Shown piece after piece: positions 14,589-22,723 of a stretch of DNA of 23,206 nucleotides (position 1 is its first letter; every line of letters starts with the position of its first letter). The position numbers and the translations under genes were made by a program. Under the pieces are notes generated by a model that saw nothing but the letters and a program-made list of their open reading frames with translations, ran no database searches and was not told the origin of the DNA. Origin of the DNA: an uncultured bacterium (GTDB taxonomy: Bacteria > Abyssobacteria > SURF-5); contig CAZEBC010000047.1 in NCBI GenBank assembly GCA_964510165.1, positions 1 to 23,206 of the forward strand, read 5' to 3'.

Positions 14589-15539
14589 ATGGACCACCTC
14601 CTGCGGTTTGAACATTACCTCAAGAAGGAACGCAACGCCAGCGCCCACACCGTTCGCGCCTACATGGGCGACCTCGAAACATTTCTGTCATTCCTGGCAA
14701 ACCGCTACTACAGCGGGTCCGAAATCTCCGCCGGCTCAATCCCTTTGTCCGAAATTGACAACCTGAAGATACGGGCCTACCTCGCCTGCCTGCACTCGGA
14801 AAGCGCCTCACGGCGAAGCATCGCGCGAAAGCTCTCCGCCGTGCGTGCCTTCTTCCGCCTCATGCAGCGCGAGGGCGTTGTCGAAAATAATCCCGCCGCC
14901 GATGTCTCAACCCCTAAGCTTCCGCAGCGCCTCCCGAAATTCCTCTCCGTGGACGAGATGAAACAACTGCTCGAGGCCCCGCCCGCCGACACGCCCGCCG
15001 GAATTCGCGACCGCGCAATCATCGAGACGCTCTATTCCACGGGTGTCCGCGTCGCCGAACTCGCGTCAATGAAGCTCGCAGACCTCGACCTGCTCGGCGG
15101 CGAGGTCAGGGTCATCGGAAAGGGAAGCAAACAGCGCTTCGTGCTGCTCGGCCGCTTTGCCGTCGAAGCGCTAAGAGAATATCTCCGCGTGCGAATGACG
15201 CTCGACAAGGGCCTCTCCGAAAACAGGGTGTTCCTCAGCCAGAATGGCCGGCCGCTTCAGGTCAGGGACATCCACAGGATCGTGTCCAAATACGCCAAGC
15301 TTCTGTGGTACAACAAGCGCGTCAGCCCGCACACCCTGCGGCACAGCTTCGCCACGCACCTGCTCGACGGCGGAGCCGACCTGCGCGACGTGCAGGAATT
15401 GCTCGGCCACTCCATGCTCTCCACCACCCAGATTTATACGCACCTCAGCGCCGAACGGCTGCGCACCATCTACGACCACGCGCATCCGCATGCCCGCAAC
15501 GCGCCGCAACCGGCCACGTCGGATGCGCCAGGAGGATAA
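14589..15539 (+). CDS. xerC: Tyrosine recombinase XerC (CodV-type)
   Basis: All catalytic residues present: TGVR, GKGSK, HTLRH, LGH and TQIY. Lies between topA and hslV, the conserved xerC/codV context. Confidence 0.88.
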   Translation: MDHLLRFEHYLKKERNASAHTVRAYMGDLETFLSFLANRYYSGSEISAGSIPLSEIDNLKIRAYLACLHSESASRRSIARKLSAVRAFFRLMQREGVVENNPAADVSTPKLPQRLPKFLSVDEMKQLLEAPPADTPAGIRDRAIIETLYSTGVRVAELASMKLADLDLLGGEVRVIGKGSKQRFVLLGRFAVEALREYLRVRMTLDKGLSENRVFLSQNGRPLQVRDIHRIVSKYAKLLWYNKRVSPHTLRHSFATHLLDGGADLRDVQELLGHSMLSTTQIYTHLSAERLRTIYDHAHPHARNAPQPATSDAPGG

Positions 15540-15543
15540 TCAC

Positions 15544-16083
15544 ATGTTCAGGGGAACCACCGTCGTCTCAGTCCGTCACAAAGGCATAGTCGCCCTCGGG
15601 GGCGACGGACAGGTCTCGCTCGGCGATACCATCGTGAAGCATCACGCCGTCAAGATACGCCGCCTCGCCGACGGCAAAGTGCTCGCCGGATTCGCCGGCG
15701 CCGCCGCCGACGCCATCACCCTGTTCGAGCGCTTCGACGCCAAGCTCTCCCAATACAAGGCCAACCTGCAGCGAGCCGCCGTCGAACTCGCCAAGGATTG
15801 GCGCACCGACAAGTATCTTCGCAAGCTGGAGGCGCTCCTGGCCGTCTCCGACGCCACCCATTCGCTCCTGCTCTCTGGCACCGGCGAGATCGTCGAGCCC
15901 GACGACGGCATCATCGCCATCGGGTCCGGCGGACCCTACGCGCTGGCCGCCGCCCGCGTGCTCGTCAAGCACGCGGACCTCTCCGCCGAAGAGATCGTCC
16001 GGGAGGCGCTCCTCGCGGCCGCCGCCATCTGCGTCCACACCAACGAAAACATCCGGATCGAAACCCTCAAGTCCGCCGAATAA
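15544..16083 (+). CDS. hslV: ATP-dependent protease peptidase subunit HslV (ClpQ), 179 aa
   Basis: MFRG|TTVV N-terminal Thr nucleophile, [32 protein letters not shown] and ICVHTN; SD AGGAGG before ATG 15544. Confidence 0.97.
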   Translation: MFRGTTVVSVRHKGIVALGGDGQVSLGDTIVKHHAVKIRRLADGKVLAGFAGAAADAITLFERFDAKLSQYKANLQRAAVELAKDWRTDKYLRKLEALLAVSDATHSLLLSGTGEIVEPDDGIIAIGSGGPYALAAARVLVKHADLSAEEIVREALLAAAAICVHTNENIRIETLKSAE

Positions 16084-16121
16084 AGATTCATCCGCCGCCA
16101 CATTACGGAACCACCAGATTT

Positions 16122-16609
16122 CACGAATTCTGTCTTCAACCCAAAACGCTGAACCCTGAACCCCAAACCTAATTCTTGTCTGCAAATTGCGCGGATTCTC
16201 GCTGATTTTCTTCGCTATTCTTGTTGTCCTCCGTGGATCGGTCTTTTCCTGACAATCCGAAATCCGCACTCCGCAATCAAATTGATGACATTTTGGCGCC
16301 TTAAAGGTGGAGACAGATGAACACGCTGATACCCATTGAGATCATTCTTGACAAGGGGGTCGCGTCTACACTTTTGACAAACTCATCTGACGCATAATGG
16401 GAAGGCTTGAGGCGGCACAATCGGGGAGCACCAAAGCCCATCATCCCTTTCGCGAAGGCTGACCGCTGCCCTCGTCAATCCAATTCGCCGGGTCGCTGCA
16501 CTTTGGGAGAAGAAGGCAAACGGCAAAAAGGGTAACAGGACTGATCCATTACTAACGAGGGGATCCGGGGTTCAGGGTTCAGAGTTTAGAGTTCAAGAGA
16601 ACATTCGTG
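16122..16609. repeat. 43-bp imperfect inverted repeat pair (16122-16164 / 16567-16609) built partly from CTGAACC heptamers
   Basis: Manual alignment of the left arm with the reverse complement of the right arm gives 36/43 identities without gaps; the inner 16 bp (CTGAACCCTGAACCCC) are identical. Confidence 0.8.
16254..16278 (+). repeat. Short heptamer tandem repeat (CAATCCG-type)
   Basis: CAATCCG AAATCCG CACTCCG CAATC. Confidence 0.6.
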
Positions 16610-16675
16610 TAAACGCAATCCGCGGTTCAGTGGTCGGTTTCCATTTCACGGCTCGCGGTTTTTGATAAGAAAGCC

Positions 16676-17545
16676 TTATACAAGAAGCACACCTAGTTTC
16701 ACAAAAGAACGACACCAGAAGCGCACCAGGATATAGGCGGGGCCGGGCTCAAGACCAATGCCCGGGTTGATATAAAGATACGTGCTCTTGAACTTGTATA
16801 GTCCTTTGGAAATCCAGACGCCAAGGTCGGACGGCGTCTCAATGGCGGGGCCGAATGGGATGCGCACCTGTCCGCCGTGGCTGTGGCCGGATAGCACAAG
16901 GTCAATATCCTCTTCCTGTGCGGCATGAATGATTCTTGGCATGTGTTCCAGGAGTATTGTAGGCGCGTCCTCAGGAAGCCGCTGTTTCAACCCCGCGATG
17001 ATTTCCCTCTGTTTCTCAGTGCTGTACACCGGCAACGCTGTTTCGCACATCAGACCAATAAGGCCAAGACACCCATCGCCGACCTATATCGTGTCAACTG
17101 TGTTCAGGAGCACATTCATGCCCGCGTTCCTGCACGCCTCCACTGTCCGGTTGGAATCCAAGTTGCCCATCACGCCCCAGACGCCGTGCTTCGCGCGGAA
17201 TTGCGAGACAATTGAGGCCGCCGGTTCATCCCCTTCATGAGTGTGAGCGAAATCACCGGTGATGACAACGGCGTCGGCGCCTACGGAATTGACCATCGCG
17301 GGGAGTTTCTTTTCGCGATCGCCCGTTTCCGCAATGTGCAGGTCCGATAGATGAACTATTCTGAAACCTTCGAACTCCTCGGGCAGCCGTCGAATCGGAA
17401 TCTCGACCCGCTTGATCCTTATCCAGTCAACCTCGATGAGCCTGCCGTAAGCATAGCAAGCGCCGATGGCGAGTAAGACGGCGGGAACGGCGAGCGCGCT
17501 CCGCATTCGCCGGAGAAGGCTGTTCTCGGATTGCAACGATTTCAC
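16676..17545 (-). pseudogene. Calcineurin-like metallophosphoesterase (YkuE/YaeI-like) interrupted by an in-frame TAG
   Basis: One reading frame from GTG 17545 (GTGA overlap with the ktrA stop) has an N-terminal hydrophobic anchor and motifs HLSDLH, ITGDF, GNLD, LLEHMP and LSGHSHGGQ. TAG at 17086-17084 splits the two ORF-track pieces in frame (VDTI*VGDG). Confidence 0.8.
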
Positions 17546-18225
17546 TCCAGCTTGCGGAATTTCTCGATGTCCTTGTTCTCTCCAAGGATGATGAGGACGT
17601 GGTCTTCCTCGACGAGGAAATCGCCCGCCGGAATCTCGAGGCTGTCGGTCGCGCGTTTGCCCGCGCCCGGCTGCTCGGAGGCATCCTTCCTGACCGCGAG
17701 CACGTGCACCCCGAACCGGTTGCGCAGCCTCAAGTCCGCCAGCGTCTTCCCCACGCATTGAGAGGGCGGCCTCATCTCGACGATGCTGTAGCCGCCTGCG
17801 ACCGGTATGAAGTCAATCAGATTGGGAGTCAGAAGGCTGTCGGCAAGCTTGATTGCGGTGTCTCTTTCCGGCAGCACGACAGTGGTCGCGCCGACGTTGC
17901 GCAAGGCTTCGGCGTGGTCCTCACTGATGGCCTTGACGATGATCTCTTTAATGCCTACCTTCTTGAGAAACAGGGCCACAAGGATGGAGGCGTCCACCTT
18001 TTCGCCCAGGCTCACGACGACGCAGTCGAACTTGTCTATGTCAAGCGAGGCCAGCGCCTTCTTGTCTATCGCGTTGGCGACGACCGCCTGAGTCACATAA
18101 TCCTTTATGTTCATGACGGCCTGCTCGTCAATATCGACCGCAAGCACTTCGCCGCCCTTCTCGGCCAGTGAGCGGGCCAGGTTTGCTCCAAAATTTCCGA
18201 GACCTAAAACGGCGAACCTCTTCAC
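17542..18225 (-). CDS. ktrA: KtrA/TrkA-family K+ uptake regulatory subunit (single RCK_N + RCK_C)
   Basis: Rossmann motif AVLGLGNFG; 227 aa, typical of KtrA/C; C-terminal VGKTLADLRLRNRFGVHVLAV; adjacent to a KtrB-type gene. Confidence 0.88.
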   Translation of the reverse strand: MKRFAVLGLGNFGANLARSLAEKGGEVLAVDIDEQAVMNIKDYVTQAVVANAIDKKALASLDIDKFDCVVVSLGEKVDASILVALFLKKVGIKEIIVKAISEDHAEALRNVGATTVVLPERDTAIKLADSLLTPNLIDFIPVAGGYSIVEMRPPSQCVGKTLADLRLRNRFGVHVLAVRKDASEQPGAGKRATDSLEIPAGDFLVEEDHVLIILGENKDIEKFRKLE

Positions 18226-18246
18226 GTATCATTCCTCCTGACGATA

Positions 18247-19620
18247 CTACCCTATCATAACATTTTCTTCGGGATACTTGTACCGTTGCGCGCTTTCCTG
18301 CCCGAACAAAGCGAGCGCCAACCCAAGCGGGCCCACTCTCCCGGCAAACATGGTCGCTATTATCACGAGCTTGCTCGCGGGTGACAGGCCGGGCGTCACG
18401 CCCGTGGACAAGCCCACCGTCCCAAAGGCCGAAACCACCTCGAACAGATAGTCCAGAAACTGGGGGTCTCCCGATCGCAACCTTTCGCCTTCAATCACCA
18501 GCACCAGAACCGTTGACACAATGACAAGCGCAAACGCCGTCGCGATTGTCGCGAGCGCTTTCGAGGACACCTGCTTCGGTATCGTGCGGCCGCAGAGTTC
18601 CGGATTCTCCCTGCCGCGCAGATGAGCCAGAATTATCGCCACATAAACCGTGAACGTGGTTGTCTTCACTCCGCCGCCGACCGATCCGGGCGATGCCCCG
18701 ATGAACATCAAACCAATCAGCACGAGCAGCGTGGCGCTGGTGCAACTCCCGATCGGAACCGTGTTGAATCCCGCGGTGCGCGCCGTCACCGACTGGAAAA
18801 AGGGCACCAGCACATGTTCGAGCGGAGGCCGCCCCTTGAGCACATTGCCGATTTCCAAGAGCCAGAACAGCACGGCGCCCGCGCAGATAAGCAACCCCGT
18901 CGTCCCGAGCACGACTCGCGTGTTCAGCGATACCCGTCTGTAGCCGACTCGCTTGCGCGACAGCCTGGCGCCGACCTCAGTCACTACCGCAAACCCCAGC
19001 CCGCCCAGCACAATCAAGACCATCACCGTCAGGCAGACCGGCACGCTCCCCGAATACGCCTCGAGATTCGTGGACCAGGGCGAGAAACCGGCGTTGCAAA
19101 AGGCCGAAACCGAATGGAATATGGCCAGATACAGCCCCTCGCCATCACCGTACTCCCCCCTCAGCGCCAGCCACAGACTCAAAGCCCCCAGCGCCTCCGC
19201 CCCTAAGGTGAACAGTACTATATTCGTTAAGAGCCGGAATAGATTCCGATACGGGAAATGCGTCATCGTCTCCATGATGACCATCCGGCTCCTCAGCGAA
19301 GTTTCGCCCGTCAGGATCAACATGAAGAACGTTGAAAACGTGAATATGCCAAGGCCCCCGATCTGTATCAACAGGAGGATCACGGTCTCACCCGCTCTCG
19401 AAAACTGGGTTCCCGTGTCAACCACGATGAGGCCCGTCACACACACTGCCGAGGTAGCCGTGAAAAGCGCGTCTACCGGCCTGAGCGGCGCCCCGTCCGA
19501 CATCGCCGGCGCCATCAGGACAGCCGCACCCAGCAGAATCGTAATGGCAAAGCTCGCGATAAGTATAATGGAAGGCGATAGCGCTCGCCTGCGGCGTCTG
19601 CCGTCTCCCTGGTTGTTCAA
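18247..19620 (-). CDS. ktrB: KtrB/TrkH-family K+ uptake membrane subunit (~457 aa from TTG 19620)
   Basis: Four pore-loop motifs with conserved Gly (SAVCVTGL, SAFCNAGF, TARTAGF, SAFGTVGLS), GASPGSVGGGVK, MFAGRVG and C-terminal YPEENVMIG. SD AAGGGAGG lies 6 nt before TTG 19620. Confidence 0.92.
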   Translation of the reverse strand: MNNQGDGRRRRRALSPSIILIASFAITILLGAAVLMAPAMSDGAPLRPVDALFTATSAVCVTGLIVVDTGTQFSRAGETVILLLIQIGGLGIFTFSTFFMLILTGETSLRSRMVIMETMTHFPYRNLFRLLTNIVLFTLGAEALGALSLWLALRGEYGDGEGLYLAIFHSVSAFCNAGFSPWSTNLEAYSGSVPVCLTVMVLIVLGGLGFAVVTEVGARLSRKRVGYRRVSLNTRVVLGTTGLLICAGAVLFWLLEIGNVLKGRPPLEHVLVPFFQSVTARTAGFNTVPIGSCTSATLLVLIGLMFIGASPGSVGGGVKTTTFTVYVAIILAHLRGRENPELCGRTIPKQVSSKALATIATAFALVIVSTVLVLVIEGERLRSGDPQFLDYLFEVVSAFGTVGLSTGVTPGLSPASKLVIIATMFAGRVGPLGLALALFGQESAQRYKYPEENVMIG

Positions 19621-19644
19621 GTCATGCCTCCCTTTTAAGTGGCT

Positions 19645-19653
19645 ATTATACCA
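19645..19653 (-). promoter_or_regulatory. Extended -10 promoter for ktrBA
   Basis: TGGTATAAT on the minus strand ~25 nt upstream of the start; no good -35. Confidence 0.6.
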
Positions 19654-20000
19654 TGTGCGGCCCCTGAACGTGATAGAATCGCGCTGCACACCAGCGTCAC
19701 ATCACCGCTCACACCTGCACATTCGTGATGGCCGTAACCCCTTTTCCCTCGATTGAAGCACTCTCCAGCGAAGCCCGGCATCGCCCGAAATTGCGCGTCA
19801 TAAGCTATTTCATTTGAATAAGTTAAGATGCGAGTATCCATCCTCTCAGCCGTTCGACCAGTACGCGCCGCCCGCTTTGGCGCGAAAAATGCTCGCTTTC
19901 GCACCATGACGGCCCCGGTTGTCGGGGCTGGTCCGCACCGTTTTGGAAGAACGCCTCACCTATATTAGGTCATCGAGTGGTGAAAAGATGGCTCAGGGTC

Positions 20001-20028
20001 TTGCGTTCCTGAACCGTTTTGCTATACT
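20001..20028 (+). promoter_or_regulatory. Putative sigma70 promoter of the response regulator
   Basis: TTGCGT - 16 nt - TATACT, with TG one base upstream of the -10. Confidence 0.45.
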
Positions 20029-20151
20029 TTGTGTTTAAGCCCTCGGTGAAACAGCTTGTCGTTTGCCGATATGAAGGCGAACAGTGTGGCATCGCACAGT
20101 TTCCGACTCGGATGCGCTCCTGTGGATGAATTGGAAAAGAAAGTATTGACG

Positions 20152-20511
20152 ATGGCAAAACGCATACTGATTGTGGAGGACGACCCTGTACAAAGACGCC
20201 AGATGGCACGGGTTTTGAGAGGGGCGGGATACGAGACAGCCGAGGCCGCCACCGGAAACGAGGCATTGCGAACCCTGTCGGAACAGGAAATACATCTCGT
20301 GTTCACCGACCTCAGGATGCCCGGCATGGGCGGGAGCGAGTTACTCAAGCGTATGAGAGCCGAGTACCCGGATATTCCCGTCGTCGTCGCTACCGCCTAC
20401 CCCGAAGACACCGACGATCTGAAGCCCGATCTCCTGCTCGTGAAACCTTTCGGTATGCGGCAACTGGAAGACGCCGCATGGAGAATGCTGGAGCGTCAAG
20501 GCGAGGAATAG
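20152..20511 (+). CDS. Single-domain (CheY-like) response regulator, 119 aa
   Basis: RILIVEDD acidic pocket, phospho-acceptor in VFTDLRMPGMGG, switch VATAY and conserved KPF; no output domain. Confidence 0.92.
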   Translation: MAKRILIVEDDPVQRRQMARVLRGAGYETAEAATGNEALRTLSEQEIHLVFTDLRMPGMGGSELLKRMRAEYPDIPVVVATAYPEDTDDLKPDLLLVKPFGMRQLEDAAWRMLERQGEE

Positions 20512-20640
20512 CGCGGTACCTTCAAACGACTTTACATCTACCCTTCCGGTGCTTTCATCTCCCATTGCAGCTTGTCCTGCACGCGCGTAATCGCGATTGC
20601 AAAACCAACGCGCACGAAGCCCGCAAGTCAGAATGCAATT

Positions 20641-20669
20641 TTGCTCTTTCCAACCTACCGTGATATAAT
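20641..20669 (+). promoter_or_regulatory. Sigma70 promoter of the DUF2148-like gene pair
   Basis: TTGCTC - 17 nt - TATAAT (20664-20669) with a TGn extended -10. Confidence 0.7.
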
Positions 20670-20674
20670 CCGTT

Positions 20675-20870
20675 CGCCGCAGGGCGGCCGGCGCACTCGC
20701 TGTCTCCCGTTTGGAAGTGTTTCCATGCTCGATATATCTCCCATCCCCCTTTCAGGCGGGGAATGAAAGCCTGGCTGAGGGAGGTGATATAGTCTCCCGG
20801 GGAGCAAGGTGAAACGCGCCCCAGTGAGAAGAACCTCGTAAGATGCAGGGCCGCATGGCGCGCGTTCTGG
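20675..20870 (+). ncRNA. Candidate structured cis-regulatory leader RNA (5' part resembles the 3' half of the Moco riboswitch)
   Basis: ~240 nt between the promoter and ATG 20917 with several stems and mutually exclusive pairings. CAGGGCGG...CUGUCUCCCGUUUGGAAGUGU resembles, from memory, the 3' half of the E. coli moaA Moco leader. Confidence 0.35.
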
Positions 20871-20916
20871 AAGAACCCATAAACACAAAATGGACAAGTC
20901 ACCAAAGGAGATGGTT

Positions 20917-21699
20917 ATGCCGGAGATCTACATCGAAGAATGGCCGCCTAACTCGCCACACGACCTGGCCAGGCAGGAGACCGTCGTCGCCGCCGCGCGC
21001 ATGATGGCGAACGCCGCCATCACCGCTCCGAGCCAGGGAGGCGTACAGATGGCCGAGTGCCACATCGTGTACGGGACGGCGGAACTCGACAAGGTCGCAA
21101 AGAAGATGGAGGAAATCGCCAGGTCCAAGCCCGACGACAACCGTTGGAAGAGAATGTTCAAGTACGAAGCGGCGATGGTGCGCGACTCGGACGCCGTCCT
21201 CTTCATCGGCGCGCTGGCCGCGCTCCAGCCCTTCGACACCGGCTGCGGATACTGCGGCGGCGGCGCCGGCTGCCAGTTCACCTACGAACGCCGCAATGCG
21301 CGCTTTGGGGTTATCGACACCACCGAACCGGTCCATCCGGACTGGCTCGTTGACGGCCCGATGTGCACCATGAACGTATACGGGATGGCGTGGGCCGTCG
21401 GCTCGGCGCTCGCGATGGCGAATCGGCTGTTTGTTGACGCGCGGCCGTTCATGTCGGTTGGCGTCGCAGGACAAAAGCTCGGCTACTGCCCGAAGTCGCC
21501 GCTCGTTGTGGGGGTCCCGGTCGCGGGCAAGGGCAAGAGCCCCTACGTTGACATTCTGCCCGACTACCATACCCACAATCTCTCGCGGGTGGTGGATTCC
21601 TTACGGAGCAAATACGTGATTTCGCGAATGGTTAACTGGCTGCCGTATCGCATGTGGGACCCGCTCAACCCCGATGATGGCCAGAAGAAGGAGGACTGA
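20917..21699 (+). CDS. DUF2148-like ferredoxin-domain (putative Fe-S) protein, paralogue A, ~260 aa
   Basis: ARMMANAAITAP N-terminal motif, Cys cluster CGYCGGGAGC...GPMC, then AVGSA and DARPFMSVGVA. SD AAGGAG lies 6 nt before ATG 20917. Confidence 0.72.
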   Translation: MPEIYIEEWPPNSPHDLARQETVVAAARMMANAAITAPSQGGVQMAECHIVYGTAELDKVAKKMEEIARSKPDDNRWKRMFKYEAAMVRDSDAVLFIGALAALQPFDTGCGYCGGGAGCQFTYERRNARFGVIDTTEPVHPDWLVDGPMCTMNVYGMAWAVGSALAMANRLFVDARPFMSVGVAGQKLGYCPKSPLVVGVPVAGKGKSPYVDILPDYHTHNLSRVVDSLRSKYVISRMVNWLPYRMWDPLNPDDGQKKED

Positions 21700-21702
21700 G
21701 AC

Positions 21703-22575
21703 ATGGCGTACTACGATGGTAAGAAATTCGCCAATGATGGGCTGCTGACGGCGACGCAGCTTTGCGCCATGTCGGCCCTCAAAGCACCTCAACTGACCGG
21801 AACCACGCAGCTGAAGATAGAAATTCTCACCGGCGAAGACCTTGACCCCGTCATCGAAGTGCTCGGCATCCTCGGAGAGGATAACACCGTGTGCTTTGGC
21901 GATAACAAGACCCTGCAATCCTGCAAAGAGAAGGGCACGCTGCCGGTCATTATGCTGATTGGCGGACAGGGCATTGGCATGTCCGAACTCGGCTGGGATT
22001 GCGGCGCATGCGGATTCCCGACCTGCAAGGCCCACAACGAATACGTCGAGCAGGAACGTCAGAAGCCCGTTGATTTCACCCGGCCAAGCGCATTCGGAAC
22101 GCCCGGCCCCGTCTGCGTGTGGAAAGCCGTTGACGTCGGAATAGCGATGGACTACGCCGCCGCTGCCGCCGGCCAGCTCAACCTCGAAAACCGCGCCATG
22201 GCTTCAGTGGGCGCCATCTCGCAGGCGCTCGGTTACCTGGCGGGCTGTGAGATATCCATCGGCATGTGCATGGGACCCTGCGAGCCGGAAGTCTATTACA
22301 ACCGCCCCTCGCTCAAGGAAGCATACGACAAGGACCTGATCACCACGTTCATGATGCGGGCCTTCCCGACGCACTTCATGGGGTTCCCGGGAGCGGGCGA
22401 CCCGCGCATCAAGCATTCGCCCAATTGGGAAATTGACCCGAGATACGTCCGCGTCGCCAAACGCGAGGAGGCCGATCAGGAGAAAAAACAGGCCGGCATG
22501 GCCCGCGTCATGCAGCTTGTCATGGAAACCCGAAGCAAACTGGCGGAACGAGCCGCCGCAGAACTGGAACAATAA
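21703..22575 (+). CDS. DUF2148-like ferredoxin-domain (putative Fe-S) protein, paralogue B, 290 aa
   Basis: QLCAMSALKAP, DCGACGFPTC...GPVC, DVGIA and LENRAMASVG; SD AAGGAGG; starts 3 nt after the paralogue A stop. Confidence 0.78.
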   Translation: MAYYDGKKFANDGLLTATQLCAMSALKAPQLTGTTQLKIEILTGEDLDPVIEVLGILGEDNTVCFGDNKTLQSCKEKGTLPVIMLIGGQGIGMSELGWDCGACGFPTCKAHNEYVEQERQKPVDFTRPSAFGTPGPVCVWKAVDVGIAMDYAAAAAGQLNLENRAMASVGAISQALGYLAGCEISIGMCMGPCEPEVYYNRPSLKEAYDKDLITTFMMRAFPTHFMGFPGAGDPRIKHSPNWEIDPRYVRVAKREEADQEKKQAGMARVMQLVMETRSKLAERAAAELEQ

Positions 22576-22590
22576 GGGCATCAAGTCATT

Positions 22591-22621
22591 TTGGGGACAC
22601 CATGCGGCATGGTGTCCCCAA
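22591..22621. terminator. Perfect palindrome after the DUF2148-like pair (terminator or REP-like)
   Basis: TTGGGGACACCATGC-G-GCATGGTGTCCCCAA: perfect 15-bp arms, 15 nt after the stop codon; no U tract on the + strand. Confidence 0.6.
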
Positions 22622-22723
22622 GATAACCCCGTTCACCACCCCGCGAGAAACCGCCAATCCTAATCTTCCTGTTAGCAGAAATCCGGTATTCCCTGCAAGC
22701 TTGAAGAAATCCAGGGATGATAC

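Noticed and set aside
14589..15539. Tyrosine recombinase as a phage/ICE or integron integrase
   Set aside because: Size, sequence and topA/hslV context fit housekeeping XerC; no IntI-specific insertion, att site or phage genes seen.
15244..15543. 100-aa N-terminal extension of HslV in the ORF track
   Set aside because: Overlaps xerC out of frame; HslV needs a near-N-terminal Thr, and a strong SD precedes ATG 15544.
16348..16398. Two TTGACA hexamers followed by TACACT / CATAAT
   Set aside because: Both spacers are 13 nt, too short for a sigma70 promoter.
16387..16414. CTGACGCATAAT resembling the XerC arm of a dif site, near xerC
   Set aside because: No XerD arm (TTATGTTAAAT-like) follows at the 6-bp spacing.
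19655..19990. Possible c-di-AMP (ydaO) riboswitch upstream of ktrBA
   Set aside because: No ydaO consensus elements seen on the minus strand, and the likely -10 is only ~25 nt from the start codon, leaving no room.
20203..20217. Sigma54-like TGGCACGGGTTTTGA
   Set aside because: Inside the response regulator CDS, and the -12 element is GA rather than the conserved GC.
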